Shown: positions 21,144 to 33,599 of the stretch, one piece after another
Position numbering within the stretch: position 1 is the first letter of the stretch
How the letters are laid out: every line of letters begins with the position of its first letter
From: Scyliorhinus canicula
Lineage: Eukaryota
Direction: 5' to 3'
DNA length: 64,000 nucleotides
NCBI RefSeq assembly: GCF_902713615.1
Contig: NC_052155.1
Span: 191,008,429-191,072,428, forward strand
Position numbers and translations under genes: made by a program
Notes under the pieces: generated by a model
Database searches by the model: none
Seen by the model: only the letters and a program-made list of their open reading frames with translations
Told to the model about the DNA's origin: nothing

Positions 21144-24100
21144 GTAATTCCTCACTCGGTGTTGGGGCTACACAGTCTGGGGCAAGGCCTTACCCTCCAA
21201 ACAATGAAACCAGAAAACACACCGTCAAACTAGGCTCAATACACCAGGAAAATGACCAAATTGTTGGGAAACCTCAACTGGTGGTGTCACGGGGATAGGT
21301 TGGAGGTGTGGGCTTGAGTGGGGTTCTCTTTCCAAGGGCCGGTGCGGACTCGATGGGCCGAATGGCCTCCTTCAGCACTGTCAATTCTGTGGTCCAGGAT
21401 CAGGGAAAACAATCGGCGTCCCTCCCGCTCATTGCTCAGAAACATCAAGTCAGCAGCGAGTAGGCTGATTTTCATAATCCGGGAAAGATGCGGACCAATG
21501 AAGGAACAGCAGTGGGCAAACATTAAAAAGGGTGACCAATATAAACCAGGAGAAATATATCCAACTAAACATCAGAGCAATCACAATCACAGTTAAAGAT
21601 ATAAAATAAAGTTATAGTAACATTTAAACTAAAGGAAATATATTCTCCAAGTCCATAGACAACAAAACAGAGGAATGCAAAAGGAAATGAAATAAGATTC
21701 AGAAGTAGGTTAAAAAAGGATAGTTAAATAACTAGTGAAGGATTCTAAAGAGACATAAATGAGCAGGATAGAGCACTGGAGCAGGTAGGGGTGCACATGA
21801 TAAACACACAGAATGACACCAAACTGAAGGAAATATTGAATTTGATTTTTGCCTCAATATTTACCAGGGAAACGAACATGGTCAGGATAACATCAAAAGA
21901 AGAGATCAAAAAATATATTAAAACATTTAAAATAGAAAAGGCGAGATCCTTACTAAACTAATCAAACTTAGAGAAAAAGTCCAAAGTCTGTCCACCATTG
22001 ACAAGGCACAAGTCAGGAGTGTAATGGAATACTCTCCACTTGCCTGGATAAGTGCAGCTCCAACACTCAAGAAGCTCAACACCATCCAGGTCAAAGCAGC
22101 CCCGCTTGATTGTTCCCCCTTCCACAAACATTCATTCCCTCCACCACCGACGAACAGTGGCAGCCGTATGGACCATCCACAAGATGCACCGCAGGAACTC
22201 ACCAAGGCTCCTTAGGCAGCACCTTCCAAACCCACAACCTCTACCATCTAGATTCTAGAAGGACAACACAGCAGATACCTGGGAACCCCACCACCTGGAG
22301 GTTCCCCTCCAAGTCAGTCACCAACCTGACCTGGAAATATATCGGCCGTTCCTTCACTGTCGCTGGGGCAAAATCATGGAACTCCCTCCCTAACAGCCAG
22401 CACTGTGGGTGTACCTACACCACATGGATTGCAGTGGTTCAAGAAGGCAGCTCACCACCACCTTCTCCAGGGCAATTAAGGATGGGAAATAAATTCTGGC
22501 CTAACCAGCGATGCCTATATCCCATAACTTAATTTAAAAAAAGAACAAGCTCTGGATCCCTGAAAACATTTCTCTACATCAATACCTCCCTCTCACCCTT
22601 TAAAATCTGTTTCTTTCCCCAATCATTTGATCATCTCCTACTGTCTCCTGGGGACAATTGTCTCAAATCTTGTTTGATAAGAGTTTTGAAAAGGTGAAGC
22701 ACCTTGGCATGGGTTACTACGTTAAAAACAGGATGTAAATGCGAGTTGTTGTTGAATAAGATCCCTCATTCAGAAGGATTGTATCCAGACATTTTATTAA
22801 AAGTTAGGTCAGAGTTAGCACATTATGGCATATTTCAAAATAATCATTAGCGAAGGGCAGTGAATGTGATTCCTATTTTACAAATGGGGGATTAAACATG
22901 TCTTGGACTCAAACCAATTATTTTACTGTCAGGCAACACAGTAGCATTGTGGTTAGCACTGTTGCTTCACAGCGCCAGGGTCCCAGGTTTGATTCCCGGC
23001 TTGGGTCACTGTCTGTGCAGAGTCTGCACATTCTCCCCATGTCTGCGTGGGTTTCCTCTGGCTCCTCTGGTTTCCTCCCACAAGTTCCAAAAGATGTGCT
23101 ATTAGGTGAATTGGACATTCTGAATTGTCCCTCTGTACCTGAACAGTCGTCAGAATGTGATGACTAGGGGCTTTTCACAGTAACTTCATTGCAGTGTTAA
23201 TGTAAAGCCTACTTGTAACAATAAAGATTTTTTTTAAATGAAAGATAATGGGAATATTAAAACATCAAAACATAGAAAATGTAGAGTCCATTGTACGTAA
23301 AGCTGTATAAGTCCATCTCCAAGTTTTTGGTCCAGAGCTCTGTTGGTTGAGCACTTCAAATGCATTTCCAAGTATCCTTACCAAAATATTGAATAGAAAG
23401 TAATCACGAGTGAATATAACAATAGTCAGCACGGATTTCTAAAAGGAAGGGTCTGGTTAAACAACCTTATCAAATTATTTGAGAAAGTAGAACAAAGAGT
23501 AGAAAAGGGCAATGAAGTTGATGTACTACATTTGGAGTTTTAAAAGACTTTCACAGAGACACTGCAGAGTAGAATCGCCAATCATGAAGATGTGGAATCA
23601 GGAATAAATAGGAGAATGGGCAGGCAGCTAGCCACAGTATTTGTGTAAGAGGGGTGGAGGAACATAAGAATTGATTTCAGATGTCCAAATCACTGAATAT
23701 AGCAATGTGGGGTTATTAACTAGCAAAGCGCTGGTCTTCATTTCTGGAGGAATATCATTGAATAAGAGGGAGCTTATGCTAAAGTTGTACAGAAACTTGG
23801 TTAACCATATGGAATACTGAGTACAGCTCTGGTGTCCTAACAATATTTACAAAATAGAGGGACTGGAGAAGGTGCAAATATGATTATAAAAACAAATTGC
23901 TGCAGATGCTGGAATCTGAAACAAAAATAGGAAATACTGGACAATCTCACAGGTCTGACAGCATCTGGTGTGACAGGATAGCTGCAGAGAAGTTGTTGGC
24001 AAGAACAAAACTAGAGAACATAATATGGGATAGTCACTAAATAATCTATTTGGGAATTCAAGTGAATTCAAGTTGTCTTTATCAACAAGGTTGTTAAATG

Positions 24101-25523
24101 TAAAATTTGTAGGGCAGCACGGTGGCCTAGTGGTTAGCACAACCACCTCACGGCGCTGAGGTCCCAGGTTCGATCCCGGCTCTGGGTCACTGTCTGTGTG
24201 AAGTTTGCACATTCTCCCCGTGTCTGCGTGGGTTTCGCCCCCACAACCCAAAAATGTGCAGAGTAGGTGGATTGGCCGCGCTAAATTGCCCCTTAATTGG
24301 AAAAAATAATTGGGTAATCTAAATTTTTTTTAAAAATGTAAAATTTGTTACAAGTTGTAGTTGAGGCGACTCACATAACAACAGTTAAAGGGAATTTAGA
24401 TTCAGCATGAGGGAAAAAGCAATTGGAGGATATGTTGATGTGTGGGGTGGAGAGAGAGATGTTGAGCATTAACACCGCCATAGGGTAGTTGAGGAAAATA
24501 ATCTTATACAGACTATAAATATTTATAAATCTTAGCAGCATCGTGGGGAACTCGGAATAAGCCACAATCTAACAATACATTTCCCAATGTATCTGCTCCT
24601 TATGGGTGAGACTGACCTGCTGTACAACCAGTATTTTATATTGTATTCCTTTTGAATTGAAGGAAACCAGTAAAGCTAGTAGAATCCCTCGAGTGCACAA
24701 GGAGGCCATTCAGCCCACCGTGTCTGCTCTAACCTTCCGAAGGAGCACCTGCCCATCCCTGTAACGCCACCTAACCTTTGGGCACTAAGGGGCAATTTAC
24801 CATGACCAATGCACCTAACACTTCAGACAGTGGGAGGAAACCGGAGCATCCGGAGGAAACCCACACAGACATGGGAGAAAGTCCACACAGACCGTGACAG
24901 TAGTTAGCACTGTTGCCTCACAGCGCCAGGGTCCCAGGTTCGATTCCTGGCTTGGGTCACTGTCTGTGCGGAGTCTGCACGTTCTCCCTGGGTCTGCGCG
25001 TGTTTCCTCCGGGTGCTCCAGTTTCCTCCCACAAGTCCTGAAAGACGTGCTTGCTCGGTAATTTGGACATTCTGAATTCTCCCTCTGTGTACCTGAACAG
25101 GCGCTGGAATGTGGCGACTAGGGGAGTTTCAGAATAACTTCATTGCAGTGTTAATGTAAGCCTACTTGTGACAATAATAAAGATTATTATTATTAGATCG
25201 GAATTGAACCGGGTCACTGGCGGTGCTAACCATTGTGCCACCCAGAGTAAAATCTTAGAAAATAGCTCTGCTCTCAGGATTTAAAAAATAAATGCTGAAG
25301 GTGGGCAATTCTAGTCCATTTTAACTGTGGGGTTACTGGCGCAAACAGACTTCTAGACGGTGCCTTGTTTCCATAAGGACCACAGGAACTCCTCCAGATT
25401 AATACTTTACACCATTGCCCGTTATTCACTTTCCCATTCAGAATATCTTCCATTATTTAGAAGTGGCGAGGAATATTTAATGAAGAGAAGTTGATGTGTT
25501 TTGTGTTTCTTCAATTCGCTCAG

Positions 25524-25657
25524 GCCCGCCGTTGGATTCGCTGCAGATTGCGAACTTTACCTACACCTTGTTACTGGTGAAGAGCGTGGCCTATTGCGGG
25601 ATTATCTCCTTCATACTTTACAAAGCTGAGCACCGTGACATGAAGAAGCCGCTTTAA
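25524..25657 (+). CDS. TRGC: TRGC exon 3, TM and cytoplasmic tail (G)PPLDSLQIANFTYTLLLVKSVAYCGIISFILYKAEHRDMKKPL*
   Basis: Acceptor GCTCAG|, phase 1. Y-x-L-L-L-x-K-S-x-x-Y antigen-receptor TM motif with the intramembrane Lys. TAA at 25655-25657. Confidence 0.93.
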
Positions 25658-25779
25658 CTGCTGTCCACAGAGCCCCGGGGGTGGAAGCGTTTTTGCTCCG
25701 TTTGCACCCACAGATTGTACTTTGTGTTGGCAGTTTGTGAACAAGAGTATCTTGGAGAGGGAGGGGGTTATTTTCAGGC

Positions 25780-26845
25780 TTGTGTGTGTGTGCTGGGGAG
25801 GGGGGTGCGTATGTGTGCTGGGGGAGGGTGATGCGTATGTGTGCTGGGGAGGGGGGTGCGTATGTGTGCTGGGGGAGGGGGGTGCGTATGTGTGCTGGGG
25901 GAGGGGGGTGCGTATGTGTGGGGGGGAGGGGGGTGCGTATGTGTGGGGGGTGCGTATGTGTGGGGGGGAGGGGGTGCGTATGTGTGCTGGGGGAGGGGGT
26001 GCGTATGTGTGGGGGGGAGGGGGGTGCGTATGTGTGGGGGGGAGGGGGGTGCGTATGTGTGGGGGGAGGGGGTATATGCGTGCTGGTGCGGGGGTGTATG
26101 CGTGCTGGGGGAGGGTGATGCGTATGTGTGCTGGGGGAGGGGGGGTGCGTATGTGTGCTGGGGGAGGGGGTGCGTATGTGTGCTGGGGGAGGGGGGTGCG
26201 TATGTGTGCTGGGGAGGGGTGCGCATGTGTGCTGGGGGAGGGGGGTGCGTATGTGTGGGGGGAGGGGGGTGTATGCGTGCTGGGGCGGGGGTGTATGTGT
26301 GCTGGGGGAGGGGGGTGCGTATGTGTGGGGGGAGGGGGTGCGTATGTGTGGGGGGGGAGGGGGGGTGCGTATGTGTGGGGGGGAGGGGGCGCGTATGTGT
26401 GCTGGGGTGAGGGGGGTGCGTATGTGTGCTGGGGTGAGGGGGGTGCGTATGTGTGCTGGGGTGAGGGGGGTGCGTATGTGTGCTGGGGTGAGGGGGGTGC
26501 GTATGTGTGCTGGGGTGAGGGGGGTGTAGGTGTGCTGGGGAGGGGGGTGAGTAGGTGTGCTGGGGCGGGGGTGTATGTGTGCTGGGGAGGGGGGTGCGTA
26601 TGTGTGGGGGGGGAGTGGGGGGCGTATGTGTGGGGGGGAGGGGCGTGAGTATGTGTGCTGGGGTGAGGGGGGTGTATGTGTGCTGGGGTGAGGGGGGTGT
26701 ATGTGTGCTGGGGTGAGGGGGGTGTATGTGTGCTGGGGGAGGGGGGGTGCATGTGTGCTGGGGGAGGGGGGTGTATGTGTGCTGGGGCGGGGGTGTATGT
26801 GTGCTGGGGAGTGTATGTGTGCTGGGGGGGGCGGGGGGGGGGGGG
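25780..26845 (+). repeat. G-rich minisatellite, about 24-26 bp unit (GTGCGTATGTGTGCTGGGGGAGGGG)
   Basis: About 40 imperfect copies. Explains the repetitive ORFs at 25571-26895. Confidence 0.95.
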
Positions 26846-27045
26846 TGAATAATAATCAGACCCGAAACTGTTTTCAGATTAATTCCGTTAATCAAAGCAA
26901 TTGGATATTTGAGCAGAAAGAACTTTGTCGATTTCTAATTGAATTTGTTACTGTTCTTTCCAACGCCGCCTTTTGTCAATCACTTGCTGCAATTACGTTT
27001 TTACTCGCTTGTAATTTTACATTATAATTCTGCAATTATGAAAAT

Positions 27046-27051
27046 AATAAA
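27046..27051 (+). terminator. Candidate TRGC polyadenylation signal AATAAA
   Basis: First AATAAA I found after the TRGC stop. A T-rich tract (CTTTTTTCTGTTTTG) follows about 20 nt later. Confidence 0.55.
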
Positions 27052-27949
27052 AACGTCTTTCAAACTTCACTTTTTTCTGTTTTGCTCCCAGTGGTTCCGC
27101 CATCGCCCCTTTATGAAATGTCCCAAAATACAACAAAAAAATCAAAGAGAAATAGCTCAAGTTTAGAAGATAGAACAGTACAGCACAGAACAGGCCCTTC
27201 GGCCCTCGATGTTGTGCCGAGCAATGAGCACCCTACTCAACCCCACGTATCCACCCTATACCCGTAACCCAACAACCCCCCCCCCCCCCCCTTAACCTTA
27301 CTTTTTAGGACACTACGGGCAATTTATCATGGCCAATCCACCTAACCCGCACATCTTTGGACTGTGGGAGGAAACCGGAGCACCCGGAGGAAACCCACGC
27401 ACACACGGGGAGGACGTGCAGACTCCACACAGACAGTGACCCAGCCAGGAACCGAACCTGGGACCCTGGAGCTGTGAAGCATTTATGCTAACCACCATGC
27501 TACCGTGCTGCCCCTCCCCTGACTCACTCCCCTGACCCTCACCCTAACCTGAGGAGTCAACTAACTCAAACCATTAAAAGCGGATGTTTTAACAATCAGA
27601 TAATGTATCTGATATGAACCCACTCCTGGACTAAGGATCTAGTTTCTAATCTAGTTGAAGACAATGGACATGCTGCAGTCTGGGGTGGGTTCAGGAATCG
27701 GCAGCATTTCCCTCAGCCTCCCTCACATCTGCATCGCCGCTGCTCCAATCAATAAATAAACACATTTTCCATGACAGTTGTTGCGATTAAAACCTTAACT
27801 GTCGACTTTAGTCACGGTTTTCAGTCAAATTTATTAAAGAAACTATTTAATTCACATCACCAATTCCGTAAAACCCATCAAAAAAACTCAAATCTGGATA
27901 ACTTCAAATTTTGACAAAAGCTTTTCACAGTCATCCAGACTAATACCTC

Positions 27950-28445
27950 TCTCCCCTGTCCCTCACTCTCCTCTCCTTCAAATCACTCCCCTCTCCCTCA
28001 CTCTCCTCTCCCTCACATCACTCCCCTCTCCCTCACTCTCCTCTCCCTCACATCACTCCCCTCTCCCCACTCCTCCCTCCCCTGTCCCTCACTCCCCTCT
28101 CCCCCACCCCTCCCTCCCCTGTCCCTCACTCTCCTCTCCCTCAAATCACTCCCCCACCCCTCCCTCCCCTGTCCCTTACTCTCCTCTCCCTCACATCACT
28201 CCCCTCTCCCTCACTCTCCTCTTCCTCACGTCACTCCCCTCTCCCTCACTCTCCTCTCCCTCACATCACTCCCCTCTCCCTCACATTACTCCCCTCTCCC
28301 TCATTCCCCTCTCCCTCAAATCACTCCCCTCTCCCTCACATCACTCCCCTCTCCCTCACTCTCCTCTCCCTCACATCACTCCCCTCTCCGTACACATCAC
28401 TCCCCTCTCCCTCACACATCACACCCCTCTCCCTCACTCCCCTCC
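27950..28445 (+). repeat. C/T-rich imperfect minisatellite (CCCTCACATCACTCCCCTCT)
   Basis: Direct reading. Confidence 0.9.
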
Positions 28446-29945
28446 CTCAGTACTGACCCTCTGACAGTGCAGCATTCCCTCAATACTGACCCTCTCACAG
28501 TGTGGCACTCCCTCAGTACTGACCCTTTGACAGTGCAGCACTCCCTCAGTACTGACCCTCTGACAGTGCAGCACTCCCTCAGTACTGACCCTCTGACAGT
28601 GCGGCACTCCCTCAGTACTGACCCTCTGACAGTGCAGCACTCTCTCAGTACTGACCCTCTGACAGTGCGGCACTCCCTCAGTACTGACCCTCTGACAATG
28701 CGGCACTCCCTCAGTACTGACCCTCTGACAGTGCAGCACTCCCTCAATACTGACCCTCTGACAGTGCAGCACTCTCTCAGTACTGACCCTCTGACAGTGC
28801 GGCACACCCTCAGTACTGACCCTCTGACAGTGCAGCACTCCCTCAGTACTGACCCTCTGACAGTGCAGCACTCCCTCAGTACTGACCCTCTGACAGTGCA
28901 GCACTCCCTCAGTACTGACCCTCTGACAGTGCAGCACTCCCTCAGTACTGACCCTCTGACAGTACGGCACTCCCTCAGTACTGACCCTCTGACAGTGCAG
29001 CACTCCCTCAGTACTGACCCGCTGACAGTGCAGCACTCCCTCAGTACTGACCCTCTGACAGTGCAGCACTCCCTCAGTACCGACCCTCTGACAGTGCGGC
29101 ACTCACTCAGTACTGTCCCTCTGACAGTGCGGCACTCCCTCAGTACTGACCTCTGACAATGTAGCACTCCCTCAGTACCGACCCTCTGACAGTGCGGCAC
29201 TCCCTCAGTACTGACCCTCTGACAGTGCAGCACTCCCTCAGTACTGACCCTCTGACAGTGCAGCACTCCCTCAGTACCGACCCTCTGACAGTGCGGCACT
29301 CCCTCAGTACTGACCTCTGACAATGTAGCACTCCCTCAGTACCGACCCTCTGACAGTGCGGCACTCCCTCAGTACTGACCCTCTGACAGTGCAGCACTCC
29401 CTCAGTACTGACCCTCTGACAGTGCAGCACTCCCTCAGTACCGACCCTCTGACAGTGCAGCACTCCCTCAGTACTGACCCTCTGACAGTGCGGCACTCCC
29501 TCAGTACAGACCCTCTGACAGTGCGGCACTCCCTCAGTACTGACCCTCTGACAGTGCAGCATTCCCTCAGTACTGACCCTCTAACAGTGCAGCATTCCAT
29601 CAGTACTGACCCTCTGACAGTGCGGCACTCCCTCAGTACTGACCCTCTGACAGTGCAGCACACCCTCAGTACTGATCCTCCGACAGTGCAGCACTCCCTC
29701 AGTACTGACCCTCTGACAGTGCAGCACTCCCTCAGTACTGACCCTCTGACAGCGCATCACTCCCTCAGTACTGACCCTCTGACAGTGCGGCACTCCCTCA
29801 GTACTGACCCTCTGACAGTGCGGCACTCCCTCAGTACTGACCCTCTGACAGTGCGGCACTCCCTCAGTACTGACCCTCTGACAGTGCAGTGCTCCCTCAG
29901 TACTGACCCTCTAACAGTGCAGCACACCCTCAGTACTGACTCTCT
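28446..29945 (+). repeat. 33-bp minisatellite, about 45 copies (CCCTCAGTACTGACCCTCTGACAGTGCAGCACT)
   Basis: 11-aa periodic ORFs (VQHSLSTDPLT) in several frames and on both strands. Confidence 0.97.
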
Positions 29946-29949
29946 GGCA

Positions 29950-30935
29950 GAGATTTTTTTAGCGAAATGTTGTCAGGATTCAGGAACACTGACAAAGCCA
30001 ATGAACTCTGAACTCAGGGGGGTAGTGTCGGTGGTTTACGCAGCTATTTTGGAAGAGGAGAAGGCACCACTGGAAGGGATCAAAGTAAAGTGGGAGGAAG
30101 AATTGGGAGAGGGTGTGGAGGAAGGGTCGTGGTGTGAGGTGCTCCGCAGAGTGAACACCTCCACCTCGTGTGCGAGGTTGGGGCTGATACAGCTGAAGGT
30201 GGTGTATAGGGCGCACCTCACGAGGGAGAGGATGAGCCGATTCTTTGAAGGAGTAGGAGATGTGTGTGAGCGTTGCGGGTGTGGGGGGGGGGGGGGCTAC
30301 TAATCACGTTCATATGTTTTGGTCCTGTCCAAAGCTTGGGGATTACTGAAAGGAGGTGTTTAGGGTAATTTCCAAGGTGGTGCACGTGAAACTGGACCCA
30401 GGCCCCCGGGAGGCCATATTCAGGGTGTCGGACCAGCTGGGGTTGGAAACGGGTGCGGAGGCAGATGTTGTAGCCTTCGCCTCATTGATCGCTCGAAGGT
30501 GGATCCTGATAGTTTGAAGAGCAACCTCTCCACCCTGTGCCCTGGCGTGGCGGGAGGACCTGTTGGAATACTTGACTCTTGAGAAGGTTACATTTGAACT
30601 GAGGGGAAGGATAGAGGGGTTCTACAAGGCATGGGCATTATTCATTATGCACTTTCAAGAACTGGATGACATTGAACATTAGTTGGGGTGGGGGGTGGGA
30701 GGGTTGGGGGAGGGGGGGGGGCGGTGTGTGTTAATGCTGACTACGGGTAACCCCTGATCCCTTTTTGTCATTTGTTTGTGTGAACATGCGGGCTAATGTT
30801 TGGGGTTAAGTGGGAGGTTGGGATTGTTGTTATTGGTATGCGGATTGACATATTTGTTACTGATTATTGTTTATTGTTGGTGGGCGTCAATTTGGTAGAA
30901 AATGTGAAAAAGGAGGAGAATAAAATATATTTTTA
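29950..30935 (+). mobile_element. L1/Tx1-clade LINE 3' fragment (ORF2 C-terminus and 3' UTR)
   Basis: KWEEELG...WCEVLRRVNTSTSCARLGLIQLKVVYRAHLT...CERCG...HMFWSCPKL zinc-knuckle region, then a GT-rich UTR with AATAAA. Confidence 0.88.
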
Positions 30936-30984
30936 AAAGACTGAATTCAAAATGTTTTATCTGAGCTGATTTCTGGGAAACAAT

Positions 30985-31410
30985 CACTCTCCTGTTAATC
31001 TTTACACTCCTGTTAATCTTCACTCTCCTGTTAATCTTCACTCTACCCTTAGTGTTCACTCATTTCATTTCATTTTCGTTTCATTTCATTTCATTTCATT
31101 TTTCATTTCACTCTTCTGTTAATCTTCACTCTCCTGTCAGTGTTCACTCTCCTGTTAATCTTCACTCTCCTGTTAATCTTCACTCTCCTGTTAATCTTCA
31201 CTCTCCTGTCAGTGTTCACTCTCCTGTTAATCTTCACTCTTCTGTTAATCTTCACTCTTCTGTTAATCTTCACCCTCCTGTTAATCTTCACTCTCCTGTC
31301 AGTGTTCACTCTCCTGTTAATCTTCACTCTTCTGTTAATCTTCACTCTCCTGTTAATCGTCACTCTACTGTTAATCTTTACTCTCCTGTTAATCTTCACC
31401 CTCCTGTTCC
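30985..31410 (+). repeat. 18-bp minisatellite (CTCCTGTTAATCTTCACT) with an embedded (TTTCA)n tract
   Basis: 6-aa periodic ORFs (SPVNLH). Confidence 0.93.
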
Positions 31411-32820
31411 AACCCAGCACCGGTATCTCGAGAGTGGCGGGGGTTCAATTCCCGTACGGGGTGCCAGCCCACCCAGCCATTTCAGAAAGCCTTCTCCCCC
31501 TCCTGACAGTGATGTCTCGGAGTCTTTGTGAACACAAAGAATGGCGACGCGGGGCCGAATGGCCTTCTCCTGCTGTTTCAATGTGTCCACCGGGGAGCCT
31601 GAGGGTTCCTGGGAGCGGGGATACGGTTTGGACTGTGGAATATTTAAGGTAAATTACACATGATTCAATTCAGAAAAAACAATCATTTTTCTATTGAATG
31701 GGTTGTTAATTTGCTGATTGTCCCGTTCTAACATCACCTGCCCAGTGCAATAAGATCCATTCACACAAGTTAAATTTCAGAGCATCCAGTTTGATTGAGA
31801 CTTTATTTTAAACTCACCAGGCAGGCTGATTATTCACAATAGTGGATTTGAGTGAAAGGCGTTCAGGTCGCGACACCACAGCCATTGACTGTCACCTAAA
31901 CTCGGCCCCAATTTCCTGTTCACCCTGAAGCCAGTATTTCGGTAGCGATCCCTTTGTGAACGAGCATTTACCAAAAATCACCTTTATTTTGTGGCAAATG
32001 AGACCAATTCGTTCAAACAAAAGGCAGTGAAATATTCACGGAGACAGGCCCAGCAGAATGAAGAGGTTTCATTTTTAAAATTCTCAAAGATCAATCTTGC
32101 CAACTTCGTTTACAAACTTGCATCTGACTTTCTTCAGAATTATTGCCATAAATCGGTATTTATTCGGTTTTGGCACTTTCCATTTTTTCTATATTTTTAG
32201 TTTTGGAAATTGGGTTAATTCAGGATTGAGACATTGAGAATGTTTGCCTTCGATTTCATTAACGGGAACATTGAGAGCTAAACATTCAGGGCCCTAACCC
32301 GGAATAAAATGTCTGAAAATAAATTTAAATTACACTTAAATTGTAATTATAAATTTACTCATTTAAAACATGTCCACCTTTTACAATCGGCCCTGTATCC
32401 GTGTGCACATTAGAACTGGATTCAACGAAATGTTTTCAGAGTTTTAGCAGACAGTTTGATTTCACACCCGCATTCAGCACAGTTCACCTGCCGAAGTTTA
32501 ATTCTATCTTTGTCATTATTTTATGACCTAAGATTCTACCTGAAAAGTCTGGAGATCAGATTAAATTGATTATTTAACACAGGTCTGGAACTCACTGCCT
32601 GAGAATGCTGGAGGCATTCAGGACAGAATTGGGAGTGTGCACAAGGTGAACGCTTCCTTCAGAGGCTATCACAGTTACTGGGGCCGAATGCGCTCCTTGT
32701 GCGCCGCCACCATTCTAGAAAATACAGACTCTCGATTCAATGTCTGCTTCAGTCTCGATATTTGACACATGGCTACAAATATTTAAATAAAGTCCAGGAT
32801 GAACTCCGCTGGTACTGACC

Positions 32821-32851
<31 letters not shown>

Positions 32852-33300
32852 AAACCAGCGGATTCCTTTCACATTAACCAGATGTGTGAGGACACTAATA
32901 GCCAACATATGGAGGAGTTTTAAAGGGAGCCATTCCCCACAAGCTGGGCAGCATCGCGATTGTTTCTCGCTCTGTGACTGGGCTGTGCTGCAAGTTCAAT
33001 TTCAAATCCATTTTGTGACACTTTGGTTCATTTTAAAATTCAAATCCCCCCCCCCCCCCCCCCCCCCCAATCCCAAATCTAAAATAAAACCTGACAGGCG
33101 GCATTGTCTGTGCAGTGAAGGATAATTAACCTCTTTATGGTCGATTTAACAACATTTCCCTTTCTGGAAATAGTTTTTTATTAATTGGAGTTTAAACAGA
33201 CATGATCGAATTTATTAATGATTATACAGATGGGTTTTACAAAATTATTGATACCAATTAAACAATTTATTGAATAAACTTAACTGAATACCGAGTTATC

Positions 33301-33500
33301 CCGTGACTAAATGCGACAGTTGATGTTTTAATTGTTGCAACTGTCACGGAAAATGTGGTTATTTATTTATTGGCCCAGCTGCCATACAGAAACCACAGCG
33401 AAGCTTCCGAGTATTGGAACGCGGCTGCGGCGCACACAGTTCAAAAGCGCAACTTACAATAAACCTGCATCACAGATTGGTTTGAACCAGCTGGAATATT
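33301..33500. promoter_or_regulatory. Candidate TRG 3' enhancer (RUNX/MYB/E-box cluster)
   Basis: CAGTTG 33317, CAACTG 33338, TGTGGTT 33354, CAGCTG 33376 and AACCACA 33391 in non-repetitive DNA about 7.7 kb past the TRGC stop. Motif evidence only. Confidence 0.4.
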
Positions 33501-33599
33501 TGTTCTATTTTGGACGCCAACATTTGGGAAGTAGACATAAGCGGGAAGAGAGGGCAGAAAGATTGACTTTACTGGATTGTTCCTGGGTTAGTTGTGTCT

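Noticed and set aside
21144-21298. Read-through of the connecting-peptide exon (51 extra codons) as an alternative tail
   Set aside because: A good GTAAT donor is present, the extension has no recognisable features, and the next AATAAA lies in repeat-derived sequence.
2819-25657. Ig light chain (lambda-like V23/J12) or TCR alpha interpretation
   Set aside because: The C gene has connecting-peptide and TM exons with a Lys, which light chains lack. There are only three J segments with KIFG motifs, no V-promoter octamer, and the C domain is TRGC-like.
25571-31652. Long Pro/His-, Gly/Cys- or Val-rich ORFs as real proteins
   Set aside because: They are open in several frames and on both strands because they are translations of minisatellites.
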